Source of the DNA: Perkinsela sp. CCAP 1560/9 | Taxonomy: Eukaryota > Protista > Euglenozoa: Kinetoplastea | Assembly: GCA_965644495.1 (NCBI GenBank) | Contig: CBFFSA010000080.1 | Coordinates: 1-22,399, forward strand | DNA: 22,399 bases | Direction: 5' to 3' | Part shown: positions 10,301-20,412 of the stretch, in pieces | How positions within the stretch are numbered: the stretch's first letter is position 1 | Layout: the number at the start of each line of letters is the position of its first letter | Notes under the pieces: model-generated | The model's input: the letters and a program-made list of their open reading frames with translations, nothing else | Told to the model about the DNA's origin: nothing | Database searches by the model: none | Translations under genes and position numbers: made by a program

Positions 10301-13300
10301 TAATCGACATTTCGATCCTTATAACAAAGAAGCTGAGGTTCATGAGGCAGAACAATGGGTCCATGATCTCTTGAAACCTGTTCTTTTGACGTTATATCCA
10401 GAAATGCCACCTGAGAACAAAATGAGTTGGAAATTGTTGTTCCCTCAGAACACTCTACACAAAGATGCCATGGTCTGTCATCTGATTGGCTGTGATGGGG
10501 TAGAAGATGAAGATGCAACCTGGAAAGAAGTTATTTGTGTTAAACAACATCGTCTGGTCCTCTTGTATAATTTGATTTCGCATGGGCGTGAAGTGTATCG
10601 GCAGCTTGTATTTTCTTCAAATGTTCGATATTCACTTCATGGGCTCGCTCCAAGCAGTACCGGGGAGGTCAGTCCTGTAATGCAATTTGCTGGTGGTGAA
10701 TTTAAAAAAAAGAGAGTCCACTCTCCTTCTTTGGTGATTACTCGACGAAACGATGCTTTAGGGGGTGTTGAAACCTATGTTCCTCCAAGATTGATGCAAG
10801 GTGCGATTCCGTCTGCATTATTGGAGTCTTTTCATTTATGGCAAGGGGAAGATGGAATCATCCGAGGAGAGCCTGTTGACGAGTCGTCTCAATGGTTTAA
10901 TTATCAAATTGAAATTGAGTTGAAATCGGATCCTCCTGCGGACTCGAATGGAGTCTACGGAGCAACCCCTCAACCTGTCTGGGTTCAAGTCAAACGAATT
11001 TCTCTTGGTGGTTCTTTTTCTTCCATCAGCCAGCGCGCTATTGGCCCATCGGGTTTGCTAAGAGACTCTACCGGTGGAGGTGATGCCAGTGTCACTGATC
11101 GAGACTCTTTGATGACAGAAGCCAATATCCAAACATTACTTGCGCTTGGCTTTTCTCCATCTGTATGTCGTCTGGCCCTCCGTCGCTGTGATGGTGATGT
11201 CGAAATGGCATCACACTGGCTCTTAAACGATAGTAATAGGGCAGATATCATTGCTTGTGATATGGATCTGGATACAGATCTGTATGGGGGTCTTGGGGAT
11301 TCAGGAGGAGCTGGTGGTGGTGGATCTTCAAGCTCTTCTTCATCAGGTTCACTAAGTGCAACTCCTGCTTTGGCTTTTTTGGATCAAGGTGCTGAGTCTT
11401 CTCAATCTGCTTTCTTGACGGACGTCTTTGGTGAAAAAGCTAAACAGTTCATGATGCCCCCTGAAGAATCTCTTGAAGCTGCGATTCTTGAGTCGATTCG
11501 ATTGGCTGCGCCATCATCTTTTGAAGATTCTGTCTCTTCAAGTGGTCCAGTTGCACCTGAGGAAATTAATCTTGATCAATTGAATCTTGAGAATATTGAC
11601 CTCGGGGGATTTTCTGGTGAAAAAAAGATTGTCGAAGAGAAATCTTCTTCTGAACCAGTCCCGATGAAAGTGGATTCAGAAGAGAAGAATCATGATCAAG
11701 AAGAACTGTGCTTATTAAATTTGCTCCCGACTCACACATCTGCCTCATCAGGGCTTACTGAGAGAATGACAACCTTGTTTACACGTGTTGAAGACTTAAG
11801 TCATATCTTAGTCTGGTATAGAAAGCCCGTACCAAAAGAAGGGAAAGCAGAGGAAAAAAGTGAACCATCTGATGATGTTGAAATTGCTTGTGTTGAATTT
11901 CCACGGCTCAAGATTAAATTTGAACCAAAATGTGATCCCGATGGAAAAGTGCGCTTTTATTTGGCTGATCATGCGGGATGGTTCTTGAGTGATCGCTATG
12001 CATCCCTTTCAGAAGATGAGCCCAGTTCTTCTCCTCTCGCACCTGGAACTCGATTCTTATCTCAAATTCTCGAGAGTATTAGCAATTGTTTAGTTTTGGA
12101 AAATTCTGCTCAGGAAATCAACATCTTGGTTGCCAATCATGACGTCTATCGACCTCACGTGAAAGGTTCACCATTTTCCAGATCTTTGGTATTTGAAAGA
12201 GGATCTCTTGGATGGCAGCAAGTGATGGAGACCCACTATTATTTATATCCTGTTCATGTTAGTCGAACTTTCCTTTTGCCCCCAACCGTTGGTTCAGCAC
12301 TCTATCTTGTGTTGTTGATGTTTTTTAGTCGAGAATACGCGACGGCTTTCAAAATGATTGATGGAAGTATTGGCTCTATTGATACTCTTTTCATACCAGA
12401 AGAGCAATGGGTATTCGAACAATTTTCTCGGACACAAGATGATGGCCATCCAGATGCCCATGCGTGCCGATTGAAGCTCACTCTCTCTGTCATGTATTCT
12501 GAAAACAAATGTCGTTGGGAAACCCACCAAGAAATGGACGCTTACTTGGCCAGGCTCCCGCATGTTTCATGTGAATGTCGCTTAAGTTTGGAGGAAGAAA
12601 TGAGTTTGTTGCGCCGTTGTTCTACTGGAACCTCTCGAATTAAAAACCGTCTCAATTATCTTCGAACTGTGAGTCCTCGTGCTGAAGGGCAACTACCTTC
12701 ATCTGAGCCTAAAGTGACTTATAAAGCTGATGTACCAAAGTGGGGAGGACAACCATGGATGAAACTCTGTAGGGCAGGGTTGGATTACTTCAATACCTAT
12801 GGGACACAATTGACTCGAATCCACTATAAAAGGCCTGGAACGAAGCCGAAGTCAGGAGCAAGTGGCGGAAGCGGTAGCTCTGCTCCTCCTCCTCCACCAG
12901 TAGATCCAAATCTCTCCATTTCTGATGCCCTTGCAGCGGCGCTGGCAGGGAATGCAGGAGGAGGAGGGGGAGGATTTGGAGCAGGATTTGGAGGAGGAGG
13001 AGGTTTTGGAGGAGGAGGTTTTGGAGGAGGAGGGGGGTTTGGAGGAGGAGGGTTTAATATGTTTTCCCCAGCCGGAGGTGCAGGAGGGGGTGCTGGAGGA
13101 AGGCCAGCACCAGAACGCCTGGATCCTTACTTAGAAGACAAAGACTCAATTGGACTGATCTGGAACGATGATGTTTTGATGGACGAGCTTAGTGGGAGCA
13201 ATACCCAACTTGGGTTTTTATTTTTGTATGAGCTTCTTTCCAATCAGTTTTCCTTAAAACTTTTTGGTCGGGATCTGACACGAACAATTGGTGAGCTTCT

Positions 13301-16300
13301 CGTCCGTTGGTATCATTTGAAATTCATGAGATGGGGTCGAGATACTGTTCAAGATACAGAGCAAGAGACTACACAATCTCGTCAGTTGGCTACATTAGCC
13401 TCTATTTTATGTGGAAAATTATTTCTCCTTCCTCCAGTTCCCTCTGATCCAACAACTGCAAACTTAATTGCAAGGGGAATCAATTTGTATTCTGGAAGTG
13501 AACAACAAAGGGAACGCGCACTCCATTTGAAGTCATTCTTGGCATCATTGGACGAAAATTTCCGGCAATATATGAACTCAAAACCTTACTTACTCTTGTC
13601 AGAACACGCTCATTTGGTTTCGGTTTGGCTACAGAAACATCCATTGTTCTGTGGAGTCGAGTCGACAGTCCCGTGCACACCATTTATCTCGTATGAAGGA
13701 ATCTCTTCCCTCCGCCCAGTTTTATCCGATACTTCTCTCAGCCGCTGTGATTTAAAGTCATGCGTGACTTTGGAAAATTTAGGAGCTGATATGAAAAGAG
13801 ATATTGTCTGTTTTGCTACAACTCCTTTGTCTTGTATCTCTTTGAAAGATTTTGTCGGATCTGAACCTGCTGTCACTCAAGGAGACGAAAAAACAGGAGG
13901 AACTAGAGCTCGTGAACAATTACCCTTTGATCTCACTGGGCACCCTCTCGCTCAAACCCCTGTGGCTCAGAGATTATTAGAACGCTTGGGTCGAGATGTT
14001 TCGGGTTTTGCAGAGTCCTACAACTCCCTTGATGTCCCAAAAATTTTGTATCTTCTCTCGAAGGATATACAATTCCTTCGAAATGGAGATAACTCCTCCC
14101 ACGAACACACACGATTGGAGGATGCATCCAAGTTATTGGATCAATTGGTAAAATCTCTGGATGAGCTCCTCGCAAAAGACTCAAAGTTATTGGAAGAAAC
14201 TATCATTCTGATTGAGCAAGATGTAAATCAAGTTTTCTCAACGTCCCCTCCTGACCAACAAGAATCTTCTATGGAAATTGATGCCAGTGAAGATCAATGT
14301 CTGAGGCTCAGGCATGTATTGAGGCGGTATGGAGGACAATCAGCGTTGATTTCTTTCAACTTCATGACAACAGCGCTCCTTTCATCAAGTAGGGAAAATG
14401 ATGTTATCGCTATCAATCCGTTTGTATCGAAAAATCAATTGGCTTCTCTATTTGACACCGTTGCAGTGGTTTTGTTGTATGCGTCAAGGATTCAACAAAC
14501 TAATCGAGCCCGGTTCCAGGCAGTTGGCCTCCGAAACGAAGTGAAGAATTTGATTCAGTCGATCTCAACAATCTCCACCAATAAAGTTTTGGAGAAAAAT
14601 TTGAAACGGATGAGCCAATCTTCTTCCGCATTAGGCCTCACCTTAGCAGCTGCGCGACATTATGTTCGATCAGACCGTTCCACAGAATCCTTTTGGTTCG
14701 ACCCTCGCTTTCTCGTTGTTGAGTATGTGTTTGGTATCTTGTTGAGACAGAGGCAAGTCGAAATGGTCGAGAGTTTTGTGAGCTCAATTCGAAGCGGATC
14801 TTCTCGAGTTCAGCAAATGATCATGGGTGCTGGAAAAACCACAGTTGTTGGTCCATTGTTAGTGTTAATTTTGGCGGACGGTCAATCCCTTGTTACTCAA
14901 GTAATGCCAACTGCTCTCTTGGAACAGACCCGTGATGTTTTACGAAACCGATTTAGCAGTATTATTACCAAGAAGGTGTACACTCTCCAGTTTGATCGTG
15001 GATGGGAAGATAACGCTGAATTGGTTGAAAGTTTGTTTGTTAAGTTAGATAGTGCTCGTCGCCACCGTTGTGTTGTTTGTGCTCCACCTGAAGCTATTAA
15101 GAGTCTCTTATTAAAGTTTGTGGAACATGAACACTCCTTGGAACGTTTAGATGTTTCTCTCCTTCGACCTGATGCGAGCCAGCGAAGCACAAAAGAAATT
15201 GTTCGAACTCGCGATATTATGATTGCTCGGAGTGGGATGGCTGATTCACTTGTTAAGATTATTGATATTCTTTGGCGCAAAAGCGGAATTTTATTGATGG
15301 ATGAAGTAGATGTCCTCTTACATCCTCTTAAGAGCGAGCTGAATTTTCCAATCGGGCATAAACGAGCAATTGATTTGTCTGGTCATCGTTGGGATCTCCC
15401 TATTCATATCATGGACGCTATTTTCTACTCTCATTCCAAGAGAATTTGTGAGGCACTATCAGCCTGGGCTGATGTTCGGTCTGATTCAATTGACTTGAAT
15501 CCTTTGTCAATCTTGCATGATCTAAGAGATGCTGTGGAGGGTGGATATCTCTCTCATCGGATGCAACGCCGACCACATCTCGTTCTTCTTGACTTTAACT
15601 TTTATCATTCCAAACTCAAGCCAATTATTGCACGCTGGGTCCTTCTGTGGCTGTTAAAACACTTTGTAGGTCGTGTGACTGTCCCAATTTCACATTTGTT
15701 GAAGTATCTTTGCTTGACAGGTACTGCCAGCTCTTCTTTAAAGGCAGCGATTGAAGATGGGCTTCTTCCCGATTCCTTGAAATTGTTGAATTTGGCTGCT
15801 ACTTGGTGCCGATCTTTGTTGCCTCACTGTTTGTCGAAGATCAATCGTGTATCTTATGGTCTCTTGACCCAGGAAGAATTAACAACAATCCAAGCAAAAG
15901 AAGAAGGAAAAGAAGCCAAAACACCATTTAGTCGATTGGTGATGGCAGTTCCGTTCATTGGAAAAGATGTTCCGTCACACAGTAGCGAATTTGCACATCC
16001 TGATGTTCTGATTGGTCTGACTGTTTTGGCTTACCGTTATGAGGGCCTTCGCGATTCAGATCTACGAAGGGTTGTCATGCAGTTAAAACAAGATTATTCT
16101 CGCCAAGTTGGACCTCGTTCCCTTCGACCTGCTTGTCAATTATTCAAGTCTTGGATATCCCTAGCGGCTCAACTGGACAAGGCTCCTGAAACTCCTCTAT
16201 TGATTTCTTCAGTTGCTTCAGAAAAGAGTGAAGAAGAGGGAACAGGGTCTCCATCAATGAAACGCCGTAAGCTCACAACCGGTAAAGAGGGTTTGCAAGG

Positions 16301-19300
16301 GAGTGATGATATTGGCGGGGAATCGAGTCGAAGTCGCCTTGCTGCTGCTCTTTTACCCCTCCCTCTGTTTCAACCATCAGACATAAAACAATTCTCCACT
16401 CTCTTCCAATTGACACATGATCTACCTCACTTGATCCATTACTATCTTTGCCAACATATTTTCCCCGCGACAATGAATTTCCAGGAAACCAAGATCAGTG
16501 CGTGTGGGCACGAACTGGGAAGTTCTGTTTTGTTCAAGGGGCGAATCGGATTCTCTGGAACTCCTTCCAATCTCATGCCAGTTGATTTGGGAGAGTGTCA
16601 ATATGAACCGGGTAGTGATGGTCGTGTTGTACATGTTTTGACAGACCCGTCAGTTGTTTCAGCATCCATGCATAATGATTGGGATGTTCCATCTCTCCTT
16701 CGTATGATCGCAAAATCTGATCCTCCTTTCCACACTTTGATTGATTCTGGAGCATTGATTACGGGAATGGAAAATGAAGAGGTTTGTTGTCTCTCCTTTT
16801 TTTTTTTAATTTTTTTTAATTTTGATTTTGGGAAGATGTTGCTCTTTTCTTTTTTTTTGTTAAACCCTTTTCTTTTTAAAAAGGTGGCACGGTTTCTTTT
16901 GAATGAGTTACCAGAGTGGATGGAGGGGGTTGTTTACCTTGATCGATCTGATCGCCAAATGATTTTGTTACGAAGCAGTACAAGTGGACGACCCATGTTG
17001 CTCGCTCAATGTGGAGTATCTCCTGAGAAAAGGTTCACGTTTTACGATCAAGTCCACACAACTGGAATGGATATCAAACAAGCACTGGATGTCCGAGCTG
17101 CTGTCACACTGGGTAAAGATATGACTTTCCGAGACTATGCACAAGGCTGTTATAGGATGCGCGGGATTGGAGCTGGACAGACGATCCATCTTTTCATTAT
17201 CTCAGAGGTGGCAGAATTGATGAAGAAAGAGCTTGGGTACCAACCTGAGGGAAGCTCACTCCTTTCTTCGTCTGGATCATCACGTATTCCTCATATTTAC
17301 TCAGGGAGCCCAGAGTTAGATGTTCCTGCGTGGTTACTGATTAATTCCATGAGAATGGAAACTCTCCAATTCACAAAGTTGTGTCAACAAGAAATCTACA
17401 ACGTTTGGCGAAAAACAGCTTTGGAGACACTCTTAACTGAGGTTCAAGTCAATGCTTTGGTGGCAGGTCAGTCTGATATGGAGCGCTTGAGGAGATTTAC
17501 GGACTATTCAGGAGAAGAAATGGACAAGAGTGAGGGGGGAGGAGAAAAGCAGTGGTTGCGTCAATGCGTAGATTTATTCCGTGAAGCGATTGGTTTTGTT
17601 GTTCCGGATTGTGTTCCAGGCCCGAACCCATTCAGTGCCAAGTTGAGGGAGTGGGCTGAAACTCACAAAAACTTTTGTAGCAACGAGGATGCTCGATCTT
17701 TGGTGGATAGTATGTTGGATCGTGTCGCAAAGATCCAGGCTGGTGATTTGAGTCGAAGTATTACAAGTAGCCAAAGTTCAGAGGATGAAGAAGACGACAA
17801 GATTCGACTTCGAGGTTCTGCGTTTAGTTATGATCCTGCAAATGATTTTGAGGCTGAAGTTGTTCACGAGCATGAACAAGAAGCGGAAGAAGAGGCAGAA
17901 GAGGAAGCAGAAGAAGAAGAGCAAAAAGAGTCAAAGTTTTCTCGGGATGATGAACAACACAATCCATGGTCAGTAGATCACCTCATCAAATTACCATCCT
18001 GTGCCCAAAAACAACAAGAAAAATACAAAATGGGAGAAGAAGCATTTTATCGTTTCTCTGCATTCCAAACACACGAAGGGGCACCAAAATTACCTTTTCC
18101 TGAATCGTTGTTATTATCTGATAATTTCTTTCGACCATCATGGGCTCTTGGATTGGGGGATAGGCGTCTTAAGAATGCTGCGGTTGCGATGGAGTGGGTT
18201 CCTGAGGTTTGGCGTGTGCGACTTGAGCTTGTTTTGAAACAACAGGTTTGGTGATTGAGAAACAAAAGAAAGGAAAAGAGAAAGAGAAAGAAGAAAAGAA
18301 AAGATTATTTATTTTTTTTTTTTCAAAATATTAATTAAAAAACATAACAGATTGTTCTATTGTTTAAACAATTAATGAGTGGGTGTGGAGGAGCGGGGAC
18401 ATCACGTTGTTCACAATCTGAGTTTTGTGGTCATTGTTCTTCTGTTAAACTCCCAAAATCTGAAGCTTTGCAAAAAGTTTTGGCCACTTGTAAAAATCTT
18501 GATGGTTTTTTCTTTTTCTTTTTTCTTTTAAATTATTTTTCATTTTTTCCCCTCTTCTCCACTCTCCCTTTTTTCCTTTTACATTCAACATTTACCCTTC
18601 TCAATAATAGGAGAATCTCCAGCCAATATTTTTTGTGGAAATACAATTGATGCTGTTCGACAATTTGAAAATTCGTTGAAAATTCCCCAAGAGAAACTTC
18701 AGCGATTTTTTGTTGCTATTTCTCTTGCTGAAGCTGAGACTCTTAGGTTTCTATCTCTTTTATTTTGTTTTCTTTTTCTTTTTATTCCAACAACAAATCA
18801 AGACAAAATCCTTCTCTTTATTCTTCTGTCTTCTCTTTTCTCTCTGTCTTTTTCCTTCAATCAATTCTTATCGTAATAACTTTTTCTTTCAAATAGACGT
18901 TTGGTTCATGTACAACACCTTGATCTCCAAAAAGAAGAAGATTCACGACGGTTTTCATCAGTTCAAAAACCCACAACAAAATCTGCAAAGAAAGTTTCAA
19001 TTTCTCTCCGAGTTGTTGATGGCTTTGTTTTGGACTCTTCTCCTCTCTTCCCTATTGAAGGAGGAAGAGAAAAAGAGGAAGAGAAAGAGGAAGAGATGGG
19101 AGTAAGAGAAGGGGGGAGAGTGGCGGAGATTGGAGAACAGTGTTTGAAATTTTATAATTGTGAAATGTATTACTCTGAGCAACAAATTAAGTTTTTGGAG
19201 GAGGGTTTAAGAGAAGCGAGTTTGCCGGATAGATTGTTGTTTTTTCAGGTTTTTTTATTTTATTTTTTATTTTTTATTTTTTATTTTTATTTTTCTTTGT

Positions 19301-20206
19301 TCTCTTTTCTTTTACTACCTCTCCTTTTTTATCTATTCCTAATTCTCTTTTTTAGGAGAGTTTGAGGTTGAGGAGGAGAGAGAGACATATGTGGACAGAC
19401 ACCCCTCTCGCTCGATTATTTTGTGTGGAAGAAGATTGGCATTTGTTGAAGAGTAGAGCGATTTTAGAACAGGTTTGTATTTTCTCTTTCTCTTTCTTCC
19501 CCTTCTCTTTCTTTCTCTCTTTCCCTCTTCCTCCTTTTCTTATCATTTTTATTTCTCTCTCCGTCTAATCCACCAACCAACAACAGATCGTCAAAGGCAT
19601 CAGAGCAGCAATCAAAAAACGACAACTTGATCCTCTTTCAGCATTCAATTTATTTGATGTTGACGGAAAAGGTGCTTTGAATTATAATGAGATGCAGAGA
19701 TGTCTTGCGTGGATGCAATTGGGATTTTCTGCACGGGATTATTATGAAGTTGTCCGCCTTGCTGATCCAAAAAATTTGGGGTTTCTTTTTCTTTTTAGCC
19801 TTTTCTTGCCCATCTTTTCTTGCCCCCCTTTTCTTGCAACGTTTGATGTCTTTTCTTGATCTCACAAAAAAAAAAATCTAGAATTGTCTCCCAAGAGATG
19901 TTTATGAAAACATTTGAAATCCCCTCGACAGCAGAATACGCTGAGCTTCTTAACAAAGGAATGATCAAAAAACTTCTCTCACAAGAAGAACAACCAAGAG
20001 AAAATTGGACTTGTGCTCGTTGTACACTTGTTAACTCTGTCCACAACAAGACTTGTGTTGGTTGTGAGTATGGCTGGGATGGGCAGAGGCGTTGTCCTTC
20101 TGATAAATGGGCCTGTCCTGCTTGTACAGTTTTTAATCCAAAGGTTCTGTATTATTGTGATGTTTGCAATCGAGCTCGTCCTGATCTAAGTACGGTGAAG
20201 TTTTAA
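4379..20206 (+). CDS. Giant DUF3638/DUF3645 helicase-like ATPase with thioredoxin, NZF, UBA, UIM-like, AZUL-like and EF-hand domains; 13 exons, about 4,829 aa
   Basis: Exons 4379-4953, 5076-6090, 6175(or 6169)-6645, 6763-7066, 7181-8312, 8429-16781, 16884-18245, 18351-18504, 18611-18746, 18897-19248, 19356-19472, 19587-19780 and 19882-20206. All 12 introns are GT-AG with compatible phases, giving 14,490 nt in one open frame. An in-frame TGA immediately precedes the ATG at 4379. Confidence 0.88.
4760..5430 (+). other. Putative papain-fold/CE-clan-like domain, apparently catalytically degenerate
   Basis: Motifs VPGGW (4781-4795), FTICNTGEGLEYHP (about 4862-4903) and TPQRSETS (5368-5391) resemble from memory a GGW..H..NTG..PQxxGxC signature. 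The expected His and Cys positions appear to be substituted. Confidence 0.4.
5670..6081 (+). other. Nucleoredoxin/tryparedoxin-type thioredoxin domain (Thioredoxin_8-like), active site WCPAC
   Basis: GKIIALYFSGVWCPACKTFTPRL..FEIIFVSSDRSEAEFQNYFTAMPW..VVGFPTL..DGSFITSNG..FPW matches the NRX/TryX family pattern. CxxC lies at 5755-5766. Confidence 0.93.
8319..8360 (+). repeat. Imperfect (CT)n microsatellite in intron 5 of the giant gene
   Basis: tctctctctcctctctctctctctccctctctctccctctct directly after the 8313 donor. Confidence 0.85.
9879..9990 (+). other. Cys-rich RanBP2/NZF-like zinc finger
   Basis: CLLCGMSGQCWICDTCTAINC..TCNVC gives W-x-C-x2-C-T-x2-N-x10-C-x2-C, plus extra cysteines that could bind a second metal. 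Confidence 0.7.
10113..10142 (+). repeat. (GAT)n coding microsatellite, poly-Asp
   Basis: gatgatggt followed by seven gat codons, encoding DDGDDDDDDD. Confidence 0.85.
11118..11229 (+). other. UBA domain
   Basis: EANIQTLLALGFSPSVCRLALRRCDGDVEMASHWLL: LGF loop, AL, and A-x-x-W-LL typical of UBA domains. Confidence 0.85.
11463..11510 (+). other. UIM-like motif
   Basis: EESLEAAILESIRLA fits the acidic-L-x-x-A-I-x-x-S pattern of ubiquitin-interacting motifs. Confidence 0.6.
12957..13100 (+). repeat. Gly/Phe-rich low-complexity repeat (GGGGF)n
   Basis: GGGGGGFGAGFGGGGGFGGGGFGGGGGFGGGGFNMF, encoded by (gga)n-ttt units. Confidence 0.9.
14698..17180 (+). other. DUF3638 + DUF3645 SF2-helicase-like P-loop ATPase core
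   Basis: LLRQRQV (Q-motif-like); QMIMGAGKTT Walker A (14823-14843); LLMDEVD Walker B (15291-15311); DUF3645-type MAVPFIGKDVPSHSSEFAHPDVLIGLTVLAY (about 15942-16035); GFSGT; LIDSGALI; FYDQVHTTGMDIK; QGCYRMR (17142-17162). Confidence 0.88.
18351..18640 (+). other. AZUL-like zinc-binding domain (exon 8 and start of exon 9)
   Basis: LFKQLMSGCGGAGTSRCSQSEFCGHC..SEALQKVL resembles the QLxxGCG..C..EFCxxC signature of the E6AP/UBE3A AZUL domain. Confidence 0.7.
19629..19915 (+). other. EF-hand pair (split by intron 12)
   Basis: AFNLFDVDGKGALNYNEMQRCL has a near-canonical loop (D1, D3, G6, E12). VRLADPKNLGIVSQEMFMKTF has a degenerate second loop. Confidence 0.8.
20004..20185 (+). other. Two C-terminal RanBP2/NZF zinc fingers
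   Basis: WTCARCTLVNSVHNKTCVGC and WACPACTVFNPKVLYYCDVC both match W-x-C-x2-C-x3-N-x6-C-x2-C exactly. Confidence 0.92.
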
Positions 20207-20412
20207 ATAATCACAATAAAAGCGCTGTCAAACAAACTTTTGTTAACTTTCGAATGAATGCACAAGAGGCCAAAAAAGTATTTTTCTAACAAAAGCAATT
20301 GATAATCCAACTGACTTGATAATGAACACACAAATTGATATAAAATTGATTTATTGGAATTTGTTGGATCGGAGAAGGGGAGAAGGGGAGAAAGAAGACC
20401 CACTTCTCCTTC
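20207..20412. terminator. Convergent 3' ends with candidate polyadenylation signals
   Basis: 206-bp gap between convergent stops. AATAAA occurs on the plus strand at 20215-20220 and on the minus strand at 20355-20350. The AT-rich context makes chance matches possible. Confidence 0.35.

Noticed and set aside
9934-10374. Poly-His and poly-Met ORFs suggesting metal-binding peptides
   Set aside because: Alternative-frame and antisense readings of the (GAT)n poly-Asp microsatellite in the giant gene.
14698-17180. Calling the ATPase core a bona fide RNA/DNA helicase or a viral/transposon helicase
   Set aside because: The motifs show an SF2-like fold only and the substrate is unknown. The gene has host-type introns and no terminal repeats, transposase or capsid genes nearby.
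8529-18254. 3241-aa ORF as a complete stand-alone gene
   Set aside because: It is exons 6-7 plus a read-through intron. The frame is open upstream to the acceptor at 8428 and continues through a donor at 18246.
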